The position numbers were made by a program, and so were the translations under genes. The notes under the pieces were generated by a model that was given only the letters and a program-made list of their open reading frames with translations, was not told where the DNA came from and made no database searches. A stretch of DNA of 64,000 nt from an uncultured Planctomycetota bacterium. Lineage in GTDB: Bacteria > Planctomycetota > Planctomycetia > Isosphaerales > Isosphaeraceae. Positions 44,195 through 55,219 of this stretch are shown piece by piece. The stretch covers positions 5,312,001-5,376,000 of the forward strand of contig CAVTTN010000002.1 of NCBI GenBank assembly GCA_963737655.1, given 5' to 3'. Every line of letters starts with the position of its first letter. Position 1 is the stretch's first letter.

Positions 44195-45583
44195 ATGGAT
44201 TCCGCCTCGATCCTCCAGATCCTGCCGTACATCGTCGTGGCCAGCCCGTTCTTGCTGACGGTCGCGCTGGGCCTCTCCTCGATGTTCGAGGTGAAGCTCT
44301 CCGAGGCGACCACCACGAGGCTGGTCTACCTGTCGATCGCCTCGGGGCTGCTCGTGGCGGTGGGCATCCTCGGCTGGATGCTCGCCTCGGGCCAGAGGCA
44401 CATCGTCACCGAGTCGCTGAACTGGGTGGAGATCGAGGGGCAGTACCACTTCCGGATCAAGTTCGTCTTCGACCGCCTGTCGGTCCCGTTCGCGATCCTC
44501 TCGTTCATCCTCTCGGGGACGATCGGCGCGTTCGCGACGAAATACATGCACCGGGAGCGCGGCTTCAATCGCTTCTTCGTGCTGTACGGGATCTTCGTCC
44601 TGGGGATGGTGGTGACGTCCCTGGCCGGGACGATCGAGACGCTGTTCACCGGCTGGGAGCTGGTGGGTCTGTCGTCGGCCCTGCTCGTGGCGTTCTTCCA
44701 GGACCGGCCCAACCCGGCGAGGAACGGCCTGTGGGTCTGGATCGTCTACCGGGTGTCGGACGCCTCGTTGCTCCTGGCGTCGGTGGCGATGCATCACCTG
44801 GTGAAGGGAGAGGGGGATTTCGACCAGATCCTCGGCGCCGGGGTCTGGCCGGCGGAGACCTCGATGGTCACGCCCCTGCATGCCTTGCTGATCGGCCTGT
44901 TGATCCTGGCGGCGGCGGCGGGCAAGTCGGCCCTGGTGCCGTTCTCGGGCTGGCTCCCCCGGGCGATGGAAGGCCCCACGCCGAGCTCGGCCGTGTTCTA
45001 CGGGGCGCTGTCGGTCCACCTCGGGGCGTTCCTGCTGCTCCGGGTCAGCCCCTTGATCGAACGATCGTACATCCTCTGCGGCTTGATCGTGATCCTCGGG
45101 CTGACGACCGCGCTCTTCGCCTATCTCGCCGGGAGCGTGCAGACGGACATCAAGTCCGCGCTGTCGTTCGCGTCGCTCTCCCAGGTCGGGATCATCGTGG
45201 CGGAGATCGGCCTGGGGTTCCGGTACGTGGCCTTGGTCCACCTGCTGGGGCATGCCTGCTTGCGGACGTTGCAGTTCGTCCGGGCGCCGACGCTCCTGCA
45301 AGATTACCGGACGCTGGAGAACGCCATCGGCGGCCGGTTGCCCCGGGCCGGGGCGCCGGTCCGGCGGGTGGCGCAGGCCCGCCAGGAGTGGATCTATCGG
45401 TTCGCCCTGGAGCGCGGCTATCTCGACGCGATCCTGAAAGACTACGTCGTCGGCCCGTTCGTCCGGGCCTTCCGCTGGTGCGACGCCCTGGAACGGCGAT
45501 GGACCGACTTCCTCACCGGCGACCCGTCGCGAGAGTCGGACCAGGTCAAGCCCCACTTCGGCACGATCGAAGAGTTCTCGTGA
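44195..45583 (+). CDS. dabB: DabB/MpsA, NuoL/MrpA-like proton-conducting membrane subunit
   Basis: Polytopic; [29 protein letters not shown] and [11 protein letters not shown]. Confidence 0.85.
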   Translation: MDSASILQILPYIVVASPFLLTVALGLSSMFEVKLSEATTTRLVYLSIASGLLVAVGILGWMLASGQRHIVTESLNWVEIEGQYHFRIKFVFDRLSVPFAILSFILSGTIGAFATKYMHRERGFNRFFVLYGIFVLGMVVTSLAGTIETLFTGWELVGLSSALLVAFFQDRPNPARNGLWVWIVYRVSDASLLLASVAMHHLVKGEGDFDQILGAGVWPAETSMVTPLHALLIGLLILAAAAGKSALVPFSGWLPRAMEGPTPSSAVFYGALSVHLGAFLLLRVSPLIERSYILCGLIVILGLTTALFAYLAGSVQTDIKSALSFASLSQVGIIVAEIGLGFRYVALVHLLGHACLRTLQFVRAPTLLQDYRTLENAIGGRLPRAGAPVRRVAQARQEWIYRFALERGYLDAILKDYVVGPFVRAFRWCDALERRWTDFLTGDPSRESDQVKPHFGTIEEFS

Positions 45584-45584
45584 C

Positions 45585-47066
45585 ATGAATGTGTTCAGCC
45601 TGCCCTGGCTCGAGATCGCCATCGCCGTGGCCCTGTTCGGCTCCCCTCTCGTCAGTCGCCTCCGCGACCCGAGGGAGGCGTACCGCTGGGGCGTCGGCCT
45701 GATCGGCGTGTCCTTCGCCGCGACGTTCCTCGCGTGGCTGGCGTTCTACCTCCGCGTCTCGCCGTCGCACTCCGGGCAGTTCAGCGTCCAGCCCCGCCTC
45801 TTCGGCCGGACCCTGTTCGCCCTGGACGAGATCAACGCCCCGCTCGTGCCGGCGGTCGCCCTCCTGCACCTCCTCACGGCGATGGCCACGGCCCGGACCC
45901 ACATGAGGCGGTTCTCGTTCTCCTGGTCGCTGGCGGCCGAGGCCATCCGCCTGGCCACGTTCAGTTGCACGGACCCCCGGGTGCTGATCGCCCTGCTCGC
46001 CGCCTCGACCATCCCCCCCTACGTCGAGCTGCTGATCCGCAAGCGGCCGACCCGGCTCTACGCGATCCACATGGCCGTGTTCGTGGGGTTGCTCGTCCTG
46101 GGCTGGTCGGCCGTCGAGTCCAGCAGCCGGGCGGGAGGCTCGGCGCCGTGGTGGGCGACGCTCCCCTTGATGCTGGCCGTCCTGGTCCGCTGCGGGACGG
46201 TCCCCGCCCACGTCTGGGTGACCGACTGGTTCGAGCACGCGTCGCTGGGGATCGCCATCCTCTACGTGACGCCCCTCAGCGGGGTCTACGCGGCGATCCG
46301 CCTCGTCCTGCCGATCGGCCCGGGGTGGGTCCTCCAGAGTATCAGCGTCCTGTCGCTCGTCACCGCCGTCTATGCCGCCGGGATGGCCACCATCCAGCGC
46401 GACACGCGACGATTCTATGCCAATCTGTTCTTGAGTCATTCGTCGCTGGTGCTGGTGGGCCTGGAGCTGCGGACCGACCTCTCCTTGACGGCCTCGCTCG
46501 CGCTCTGGTTCTCGGTGATCCTCTCGCTCGGGGGCTTCGGCCTGACGATCCGGGCGGTGGAGGCGAGGTTCGGGCGGCTCTCCCTGGCCGAATATCACGG
46601 CCTGTACGAGCATTCGCCCGCCCTGGCCGTCTGCTTCCTGCTCACGGGGCTGGCCTGCGTCGGCTTCCCCGGGACGATCGGCTTCATCTCCACCGAATTG
46701 CTCGTCGATAGCGCCGTCGAGGCGAACCCCTCGATCGGCATCGCCGTGGTGATCGCCGCCGCTTTGAACGGGATCGCGGTCGTCCGCGCGTATTTCCTGC
46801 TGTTCACCGGGACGCGGCACGTGTCGACGGTCTCGCTCGGGGCGGGTCGGAGGGAGCGGATCGCCGTGCTCACGCTCTCGGCCCTGATCCTCGGAGGCGG
46901 CCTGTTCCCCCAGCCCGGGATCGCCACGAGGAAACGGGCCGCCGACGCGATCCTCGAAGACCGCGACCGGCACCGGAAGATCGACCGCCTCGCCGAATCG
47001 CCCGCCCCGGCGACCCCGAAGCCCGAAGTGACCCTGAAGGCCCCGGGCGGGCCCACGAAGCCGTAG
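45585..47066 (+). CDS. Second proton-conducting membrane subunit (NuoM/MrpD-like)
   Basis: Polytopic; RCGTVPAHVW and GLACVGFPGTIGFISTELL; starts 1 nt after the dabB stop. Confidence 0.8.
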   Translation: MNVFSLPWLEIAIAVALFGSPLVSRLRDPREAYRWGVGLIGVSFAATFLAWLAFYLRVSPSHSGQFSVQPRLFGRTLFALDEINAPLVPAVALLHLLTAMATARTHMRRFSFSWSLAAEAIRLATFSCTDPRVLIALLAASTIPPYVELLIRKRPTRLYAIHMAVFVGLLVLGWSAVESSSRAGGSAPWWATLPLMLAVLVRCGTVPAHVWVTDWFEHASLGIAILYVTPLSGVYAAIRLVLPIGPGWVLQSISVLSLVTAVYAAGMATIQRDTRRFYANLFLSHSSLVLVGLELRTDLSLTASLALWFSVILSLGGFGLTIRAVEARFGRLSLAEYHGLYEHSPALAVCFLLTGLACVGFPGTIGFISTELLVDSAVEANPSIGIAVVIAAALNGIAVVRAYFLLFTGTRHVSTVSLGAGRRERIAVLTLSALILGGGLFPQPGIATRKRAADAILEDRDRHRKIDRLAESPAPATPKPEVTLKAPGGPTKP

Positions 47067-47096
47067 CTCCTCCCCCCCGATCCTCTCTCGGGATTC

Positions 47097-47285
47097 GGGA
47101 GATCGCTCCTTCGGGTGCCCCCCGTCCTCGAACCGGGGCGGCGCGGCCGCAAGAGGCCCGGCGTTCGAGCAGCCTGGTCTGGCGTTTCGGCCTCCGGTCG
47201 CTCCGCGACCCCGGTTCGGGGACCGGGGGCACCCGAGATCGCGGCAACCCGAGCCGGGACGTCGGAAGACCCGAGCGATCCTCCC
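47097..47285. other. Nested inverted-repeat element (structured intergenic sequence)
   Basis: 47111-47138 pairs with 47209-47236 (26/28 Watson-Crick); outer arms 47097-47108 and 47273-47285. Confidence 0.65.
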
Positions 47286-47415
47286 GGACCCGGCATTCCC
47301 GATCCGAGGCGCCGCCTCCCCGGTGCGTCCGGCGCTCGGGTCGATTATTCTGGTCCGATCCGCCCTTCGGCCTCGCATCGGATCGACTCGAATCGACCCC
47401 CAGGACTCACCGAAC

Positions 47416-49302
47416 ATGACCCGTCGCCGACCTCCCTTCCCCCTGGTCCTCGCCCTGCTCCTGTTCGCCCCGTTCGTTCCGGCCCGCTCGGCCAAGGCCC
47501 AGGGCCTGGAATATGTGAAAGCCAATTACACCAAATACGAATACAAGATCCCGATGAGAGACGGCGTCCACCTCTTCACGGCCGTGTACGTGCCCAAGGA
47601 CACGTCCAAGACCTACCCGATCGTCATGAACCGCACCCCGTACAGCGTGGGCCCTTACGGAGTCGATCGCTACCGCGAGAACCTCGGGCCGTCCCACCTC
47701 TTCGGCAAGGCGGGATACATCGTCGCCTACCAGGACGTCCGCGGCCGGTACATGTCCGAGGGCACCTTCATCGACATGAGGCCGCAGAAGCCCGACAAGG
47801 CCGGCAAGGAGATCGACGAGAGCAGCGACACGTACGACACCATCGACTGGCTGGTCAAGAACGTCTCGGGCAACAATGGGAAGGTCGGGACCTGGGGCAT
47901 CTCCTATCCGGGATACTACGCGGCGGCGACGATGATCGACGCCCACCCGGCGCTCAAGGCCGCGTCGCCCCAGGCCCCCCTGGTCGATTGGTTCCTCGGC
48001 GACGACGTCCACCACAACGGCGCGTTCTTCCTCCACCAGACGTTCAACTTCGACGCCATGTTCGGCGTCCCCCGCCCCGAGCCCACCGCCAAGCACGCCG
48101 CCCGGTTCGAGCACGGGACGCCCGACGCCTACAAGTTCTTCCTCGAGCTCGGCCCGCTCTCCAAGGCCGACGAGGTCCATTTCAAGGGCCAGCGCGCCTT
48201 CTGGCTCGACGAGATGAACCACCCGAACTACGACTCGTTCTGGAAGGGGATGGCCCTCTGGCCCCACTTCAAGGACACGAAGCCGGCCGTGATGACCGTG
48301 GGCGGCTGGTTCGACGCCGAGGACCTCTTCGGCCCCCTCAAGACGTTCGCCACCGTCGAGGCCAATCGGCCGAAGTCCGACAACATCCTGGTGATGGGCC
48401 CGTGGGTCCACGGCGGCTGGAGCCGGGGCGACGGCGAATCCCTCGGCCTGGTCAACTTCGCCTCCAAGACCGGCGAGTTCTACCGCGAACACATCGAATT
48501 CCCGTTCTTCGAGCACTTCCTCAAGGGCAAGCCCGACTGGGCCCCGACCAAGGCCTGGGTTTTTGAGACCGGCAAGAACGAGTGGCACAAGCTCGACGCC
48601 TGGCCGCCGAAGGACGCGAAGAAGAAGAGTCTCTATCTCCTCCCCGGGGGCAAGCTCGGATTCGACGCCCCGAGCAAGGCCGACGACGACGGCTTCGACG
48701 CGTACCCGAGCGACCCGGCCCATCCCGTCCCCTACACCGCCACGATCGCCCCCGATTATCCCCAGGCGTTCATGGTCGAGGACCAGAGGTTTGCGTCGAG
48801 GAGGCCGGACGTCGCGACGTATCAGACCGACCCCCTGACCGAAGACCTGACCGTCGCCGGGCCGATCGCCGCGAGCCTCCACGTGGCGACCTCGGGCACC
48901 GATTCCGACTGGGTCGTCAAGCTGATCGACGTCTACCCCGACGACTTCCCCGACCCCCAGCCCAATCCGATGAGCGTCCACATGGGCGGCTATGAACAAC
49001 TGATCCGCTGGGACGTGATGCGAGGGCGGTTCCGCAACAGCTTCGAATCGCCCGAGCCGTTCGAGCCGAACAAGCCGACGCTCGTCCCGATGGCCATCCC
49101 CGATACGTATCACACCTTCCGAACCGGCCATCGCGTGATGGTCCAGATCCAGAGCAGCCTGTTCCCGATGGTCGATCGCAACCCGCAGACGTTCGTCGAG
49201 AACATCTACAAGGCCAAGGCCGGCGACTTCCGCAAGGCCGAGCAGCGCGTCTATCGGTCGCCCGACCACGCCTCGAAGCTGGAGCTGCGCATCCTCCCCT
49301 GA
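47416..49302 (+). CDS. CocE/NonD (S15) hydrolase, alpha-amino acid ester hydrolase-like
   Basis: Signal peptide; IPMRDGV, RTPY, QDVRGRYMSEG, WGISYPG, GWFDAED and GPWVHG. Confidence 0.92.
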   Translation: MTRRRPPFPLVLALLLFAPFVPARSAKAQGLEYVKANYTKYEYKIPMRDGVHLFTAVYVPKDTSKTYPIVMNRTPYSVGPYGVDRYRENLGPSHLFGKAGYIVAYQDVRGRYMSEGTFIDMRPQKPDKAGKEIDESSDTYDTIDWLVKNVSGNNGKVGTWGISYPGYYAAATMIDAHPALKAASPQAPLVDWFLGDDVHHNGAFFLHQTFNFDAMFGVPRPEPTAKHAARFEHGTPDAYKFFLELGPLSKADEVHFKGQRAFWLDEMNHPNYDSFWKGMALWPHFKDTKPAVMTVGGWFDAEDLFGPLKTFATVEANRPKSDNILVMGPWVHGGWSRGDGESLGLVNFASKTGEFYREHIEFPFFEHFLKGKPDWAPTKAWVFETGKNEWHKLDAWPPKDAKKKSLYLLPGGKLGFDAPSKADDDGFDAYPSDPAHPVPYTATIAPDYPQAFMVEDQRFASRRPDVATYQTDPLTEDLTVAGPIAASLHVATSGTDSDWVVKLIDVYPDDFPDPQPNPMSVHMGGYEQLIRWDVMRGRFRNSFESPEPFEPNKPTLVPMAIPDTYHTFRTGHRVMVQIQSSLFPMVDRNPQTFVENIYKAKAGDFRKAEQRVYRSPDHASKLELRILP

Positions 49303-49371
49303 CGACCCCGAGGGCGGCGGCCGGGCTTCGACGCTTCACGGAGGACTCGCCCTCCCGCCGCCCTCGGCGTT

Positions 49372-52300
49372 CTACTCCCGGCTCACGGCCCTCGAGGCGA
49401 GGGCCAGGAGCTTCCCGGCGCGGTCGGGGTGCCTGGGGAGGAGCCGGAGGTAGACCAGGGTGATCGAGGCCAGCGTGTCGGGGCGGTCCGCGGCGAGTTC
49501 GGTGGCGCGTTCGAGGTCGGCCAGGGCCTGGTCGTCCTTGCCGAGCCGGGCGAGGGCCGAGGCGCGGCCGAGGATCGCCGAGGGGTCGTCGGGGTCGATC
49601 GCCACGACCCGGTTCCACTCGGCCAGGGCTTCTCGGGGCCGTCCCAGGCCGTCCAGGGCGAGGGCCCGGGGGCGGTGAAGCCGGTTCGATCCGCCGGTCT
49701 GGAACGCGCGATCGATCCCGGCGAGGGCCTCCGCGGCCCGGCCCTCGTCCAGGTCGATCTCGGCGCGGAGGCCCAGCAACCTCGGGTCGTCGGGTTCCAG
49801 GGCGAGCCCCCGGGCGACGTCGGCCGAGGCGCCGGCGTGGTCGCCTCGCTCGCGGCGGACCCTCGCGCGGATCATCAACGACCGGGCCGAGTTCGGGTTG
49901 GCCTCGACGGCCCGGCTCGCCTCGGTCTCGGCCGAGGGATCGCGCAGGGCGGCGAGGATCACGGCCCGGGTCGCCTCGGCGGCGTTGCCCCGACCGCGGA
50001 GCCTCTCGGCCGCGACCCGGAGGTCGGCCCTCAGAGGGCCCGCCCGGCCCGGGAGGCGGCGGAGGTCGGCCGGGTCGTCGAAGCTCAGCGAGTCCACCGC
50101 CCCGATCGCCAGCAACGCCCGGTCGTGGAGCCTCCGCCGACGGGGGGTCGGGTCGAGTCGGAGAGCCTCCGCCGAGTCGCTCTCGGCCGGGCCCGGCTGG
50201 TTCAGGGCCAGGAACGCCAGGGCCCGGAGCGTCCGGGCCTCGACGTCCCGGGGCGAACGCTCCAGGACGCAGCCCAGGTCCGACATCGCCGCCTCGGGAT
50301 GCCCCGACCGCAACGCCAGGTGGGCCCGGCCCAGGCGGGGCAGAGGGTCGGCCGGGTCGGCCCGGATCAGGGCGTCGTAGGCCGCTCGGGCGTCGGCCTC
50401 CCGGCCCGAATCGGCGTCGAGCTTCGCCCGGTTCAGACGCGCCGCCAACGCGTAATTGCCGGCCCCGGACGAACTCAAGACCGCGTCATAGGCCGCACGG
50501 GCCCCGCTGGTGTCCCCCAGCGATTGCAGGACCCGTCCCAGCTCCAACTGGGCCGCCACGAATTCGCCCTCGGCGTTCTCCAACGCCCGCAAGTACTCCT
50601 CCCTGCGCGGCCCCAATCGCCTTTTTTGGCGAAAAGCCAGCCCCGATGGTAGCGGGCCGAGGGATGACCCGGGCGGAGCTCGACGGCCGCCGTGAAGTGC
50701 TCCAGGGCCTTGTCGAACCAGCCCGGATCGGTCCGGCCCGCCTGGAATTCCTGGTAGGCAACGTCGAATTCGATCCAGAAGACGCCCACGGCCAGCCCGG
50801 CGGCGCGGTCGAGCCAGCCCACGGCCCGCCTCGGGTCGCCGCGATCGACCAGGAGGCGAATCCGGCCCCACTGGTAGCACGGCCAGGCCTCGGCGATCGA
50901 GGAGGCCGGCGGCGGGGCGATCTCCCGGAGCGTCCGGCCGTTCTGGCGGGCCTGGGCGAACGTTTTCAAGGCGAGCCAGGGGCCTTCGGGCCGGGCGAAC
51001 CTCAACGCCTTGTCGCAGAGGTCCGCCGCCCGGCCCGCCGAGTCGCGATCGCCCGAGCCGGCGAGGGCCAGGGCCTTGAGGAAGAGCAATTCGGTGACGT
51101 CGCCGATCAACCGATCGCGACGCTTCTTGTCCAGGGTCGCCAGGTCCGGCCGACCGGTCCAGTCGTCGCTCTCCAGGACGAAGAACGGGGCGAGGGCCTC
51201 CTCCAGCGAGGGCCCCGGGTCCGGCCGGTCGGCGTCGAACCCCAGGAGCCGGAATCGGAGCGCCTCGGAGGCGCCGAAAAACGTCTCGACGTCTTTCAAG
51301 AGGGCCGAGCTCTGCTCGGCGGCCCGGCGGCGGTGCCGGGCCCGCCTCCCCTCGGCGGCCAGGGCCGGGACGTCCTCGGCCAGCGCCTCGGCCGTGGCGA
51401 AGTGCTCGGCGGCCAGGTCGTACCGTTCCGCCTTCTCGGCCGCGTCCCCCTCGACGATCTGCTCGCGGATCGTCCCGCGTTGATGCTCCAGGTTCACCCG
51501 GTTGTTCATCCAGAGCGAGCCCGTGGTGGCCACGGCGATCATGACCGAGGCGGCCACGGCGAGCTCGACCTTCTGGCGACGGAGCCAGCCCAGGACCCGC
51601 CGGGCCCGGGGTCCCGGGCGAACGGCAACGGCGCATCATCGGCCACGGCCTGGAGATCGGCCGCGAGTTCCCCGGCGTTGGCATAGCGGTCGTCCGGCGC
51701 AGGCGCCAGGCACCGGGCCACGACCACATCCAGGGCCGGCGGGGCCTCGGGGAACGCCTCGCGGAGCCGAGGAGGCCGGAGACGGCGATCCTCGGCCGCC
51801 CTCAGGAGGACTTCCCGGACCGACCTCCCGGACGGCATCGGCCCGAACGGCCGTTCCCCCATCGCCTCGAACAGGACCACGCCCAGGGCATAGAGATCCG
51901 ACCGGGCATCGACCGCCTCGGGCCGTCCTTCGGCCAGGGCGTCGAGGTGCTCCGGCGACATGTAGGCGACCGTCCCGCCCAGGGTCGTCGGCGCGGCCTC
52001 GGGGTCGTCTCCCAGGGGTTCGTGGGCGAGGTTGAAGTCCAGGAGCATCGGCATGCCGTCGCCGGTCACCAGGACGTTGCTCGGCTTGATGTCGCGATGG
52101 AGGACGCCCCGATCGTGGGCATGCTGGAGCGCCTCGGCCAGCCGGGCGCCCCACCAGGCGATCGCTCGGGCATAGGGCCGGGCGCCCAGGGCCTGACGCC
52201 CCGCCGGCCGGGACGAGACCGAGGGGCCGTCGCGGTCCAGGCGGTCCAGGGCCGCGACGAGCTCCGAGCCCGATCGGGCCGTCTTCACCGCCGGATCGGC

Positions 52301-53034
52301 AAGGATGTGCGCGAGCGTGACCCTGCCGAAATAGGGCATGCAGAGCAGGTGCAGGCCCGTGGCCGGGTCGATCCCGTAGGAGTGGACTGGCACGATATGC
52401 GTATGTTGCAACCGAGCCAGGGTTTGCGGCTCCCGAGACCCGGCCCTCGCCACCTTCAACGCCACCGGGCGATCGGCCAGTTGCCGCTCCCGGGCCCGGA
52501 AGACCCGGGCGAATCCGCCCCGGCCGAGCTCGTCTTCCAGGTGGAAGCCGGCAATGGTTTGCCCAACTTCCGGGAACGGCACGTCGGGTACCGCCGAGCC
52601 GCCTCCCGGGATGTGCGAGGCCGTCGAGCTCGGCCCCGAGCCGATGAGCTCGTGGATCTCCAGGACCCTTCGGAGCGACGCCGAGACGTCCGGGAACCGC
52701 TTGAGGAACCCGCCGAGCGAGGGGGCCTCGCCGCGCTCCTCGCGCAGGCAGAATTCTTCGTAAATCAGGGCGACGAAGGCATCTTCGGCGAGTCCCGGGA
52801 TCGCCTCGCGATACCATTCGGCCGGGGTCCGGTCGCCGCTGTCCCAGCGGAGGGCCAGGTCGGTGCGGAGGACGGCCAGGAGCTCTCCGGGGGAGGCGTC
52901 TCGGAGGAATTCGCGGACGTCCGGCCGGCTCTTCGCGGGGCACCGCCGCCATTCCGACTCGAACTGGCGGGCCCGGAGGTGGGCGCCGGGGGTCGAGGCC
53001 TCGTCCCAGGACCGGGGGCTCGGAGGACGCTCAT
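49372..53034 (-). CDS. Ser/Thr protein kinase with TM segment and C-terminal TPRs, apparent frameshifts at ~53015, ~51605 and ~50605
   Basis: LGRGGFARV, VALK, HRDIKPSN, DFN, GTVAYMSPE and SDLYALG, then TPR-like repeats in the downstream frames. Confidence 0.85.
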
Positions 53035-53037
53035 CGA

Positions 53038-53661
53038 TCAGCCCTCCAGCTCCGCCTCGGCCCGGCGGCGGAGATCTTCCAGGACGCGCTGGACGGTCCG
53101 CTCGCTGATCCCCAGCCGGTCGCCGATTTCCCGGCTGGAGAGCCCCTGGGCCTTCAATTCGAGCAACTGGCGGCGGTCTTCGGGCAAAAGATCGCGCAGT
53201 CGGCCGAAGACTTCCCGGGCCTCGGCCACCTGACTCGGGGTATCGCCGGTGGCGGCGAGGTCTCGGGGGCGGTCGCCTTCGGCCCAGAGGGGTTCCTCGC
53301 GGTGCATGTCGGCCTTGCGGCTGCCGGCCCGGCGGTACTCGTCGATCACCTTGTTCTTGGCCGCCCGGGCGAGGAAGGCGACGAGGTGCCGCGAGTCCTC
53401 GAACTCCGCCGGCTCGCGGCGGACCTTCCGAAAGAAGCTGCCCCAAACGCTCTGGAGGAAATCCAACGAGTCGAACCGCGACCGCAACAGCCGGGGCAAC
53501 TGGCGGCGGACGACCAGGCGGACCTCGGGCTCGTAGCGGATCAGGAGCTCTCGGGCGGCCTCGTCGTCGCCGTCGGCGATCCGTTGGAGGAACCCGGCGA
53601 GGTCCGGGTCGATCTCATTCTCGCTCTGGCTGCCGTCCGTGGGCAAGTCGCCGACCGGCAT
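53038..53661 (-). CDS. ECF RNA polymerase sigma factor (kinase-associated type)
   Basis: GDDEAARELL, RSRFDSLDFLQSVW and region 4 GLSSREIGDRLGISERTVQR; stop lies 3 nt before the kinase ATG. Confidence 0.9.
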   Translation of the reverse strand: MPVGDLPTDGSQSENEIDPDLAGFLQRIADGDDEAARELLIRYEPEVRLVVRRQLPRLLRSRFDSLDFLQSVWGSFFRKVRREPAEFEDSRHLVAFLARAAKNKVIDEYRRAGSRKADMHREEPLWAEGDRPRDLAATGDTPSQVAEAREVFGRLRDLLPEDRRQLLELKAQGLSSREIGDRLGISERTVQRVLEDLRRRAEAELEG

Positions 53662-53774
53662 GGTCTGGCCTCCTGGCTCGAATCGCGAGGGGCGTCGTCC
53701 GCACCCTCGGAGCCAGATTACCGGCCCCGAGGCCCCCTTGGCAAGCCGTCGGAGGCCGGGAGCCGGCCATTTCG

Positions 53775-53910
53775 TTCTCGGTGGGCTTTCGGCCGGAAGC
53801 CTTTTGGTTGGCACGGGTTCCGTCTTCGGAATCCGTGAGGACTATCCCCCGGATTCCGAAGACGGAACCCGTGCCAACCAAAAGGCTTCGGAAGAATCTT
53901 CCACCGAGAA
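53775..53910. repeat. Long inverted repeat with perfect 40 bp arms (REPIN/MITE-like)
   Basis: 53796-53835 is the exact reverse complement of 53850-53889 (14 nt loop); outer arms TTCTCGGTGG and CCACCGAGAA. Confidence 0.9.
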
Positions 53911-54037
53911 TGGGTCGGCCCTGGAGGCCGGGAGCCGGGGCGTTTCTATCGCGACGGAGGGTCCCTCGGACACGTCTTGGGTGGCCTGCTGACGAGGACG
54001 TCAGCAGGCCGCGCGACAATGCGAGAGGGACAGGCCA

Positions 54038-55030
54038 CTAACCGGCCGTCACGCGGTTTCGGCCGTCCTGCTTGGACTGATACAGGGCCCGGTCGGCCTC
54101 GGCGATCAGGCCTTCGGGCGAGGCGGTCTCCGGCCCCACGGTGGCCACGCCGAAGCTCGCGGTGATCGGCCGGGCCAGGCCGTCGAGGTCGGCCACGGCC
54201 TGGCGGAGCCTCTGGGCCACGGCCACGGCCTCGGCGAGACCGGCGCCGGGGAGGATCACGGCGAATTCCTCGCCACCGAAGCGGGTGACGGCGTCGGCCT
54301 TGCGGGCGCCGTCGCTCAGGGCCTTCGCCGCGGCCTTCAGGGCGAGGTCCCCGGCGGAGTGGCCGAACTCGTCGTTGAGCCTCTTGAAGTGGTCCAGGTC
54401 CACCAGGATCAGCGACAGCCGCTCGCCTCGACGCTTCGACCGGACGAAGGCCGAGGCCAGCGCCTGGTCGAACGCCCGACGGTTGCCCACGCCGGTCAGG
54501 CCGTCTACCGCCGCGCTGCGGGCCAGCGAGGCATTGGCCGCCTCCAGCTCGTCATTGAGGCGATGGGCCAGGGCGAGCTGCTCGGCCAGGAGGTCCTCCA
54601 GGATCTTACGCTCGGTGATGTCCTCGTGGGAGACGACGACCCGCCTCGGGCCGTCCCAACGCAGGGGGGTCATCCGGGCGAGGAACCAGTGGAGGCCGTC
54701 GGAACACGCGCAGGGGTATTCCACCTGCCCGGCCTGGGACCGTCCGTCGAGGATCGCGCGGATACTCTCGGCGATCGATTGAGCGTAAACGCGATCATCG
54801 CCGTGTGTTGCGTCGCAGACATCGAGGTAATTGCAACCGAGGAAACGGTCGTCCCGCTCGTCCGGCACGTCGCGATCGAACTCGCGCCAGGCCCGGTTCA
54901 CGGCGACGATCGTCCCGGTCTCGTCGAGCAGGACGACCTCGGCCATCAGCGAATCGAGCAGGGCCTGGGCCAGCCTGGCCCCCCCTCCCCGGCCTTTCCG
55001 AGTCCTCCTGGCCATCGCTCCATTCATCAC
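54038..55030 (-). CDS. PAS-GGDEF diguanylate cyclase
   Basis: PAS-like N-terminus; DGLTGVGNRR, DLDHFKRLND and RFGGEEF. Confidence 0.93.
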   Translation of the reverse strand: MMNGAMARRTRKGRGGGARLAQALLDSLMAEVVLLDETGTIVAVNRAWREFDRDVPDERDDRFLGCNYLDVCDATHGDDRVYAQSIAESIRAILDGRSQAGQVEYPCACSDGLHWFLARMTPLRWDGPRRVVVSHEDITERKILEDLLAEQLALAHRLNDELEAANASLARSAAVDGLTGVGNRRAFDQALASAFVRSKRRGERLSLILVDLDHFKRLNDEFGHSAGDLALKAAAKALSDGARKADAVTRFGGEEFAVILPGAGLAEAVAVAQRLRQAVADLDGLARPITASFGVATVGPETASPEGLIAEADRALYQSKQDGRNRVTAG

Positions 55031-55219
55031 CGTCGGCCCCGGTTGCGGGCATCGGACGGCGATCGGGGGCCTGTGTCCGATCCTCCGGACGGGCTGCCCG
55101 CCCGAACCCCGATCTCCGGCCGCGGATGTCCCGCCGAGGAAAATCTAGCTCCAGGATGGATGTCCGGGAGGCGTCTAGCGTTAGATCCTCTCGCCTTTGA
55201 CGGCTTTCGGTCGGCCCGA

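Noticed and set aside
44195..47066. Complex I nuoL/nuoM or Mrp antiporter operon
   Set aside because: No other nuo or mrp genes; adjacency to DUF2309 indicates DAB/Mps.
53809..53823. TGGCACG in the long inverted repeat as a sigma-54 site
   Set aside because: No GC at the -12 position; it is part of the repeat.
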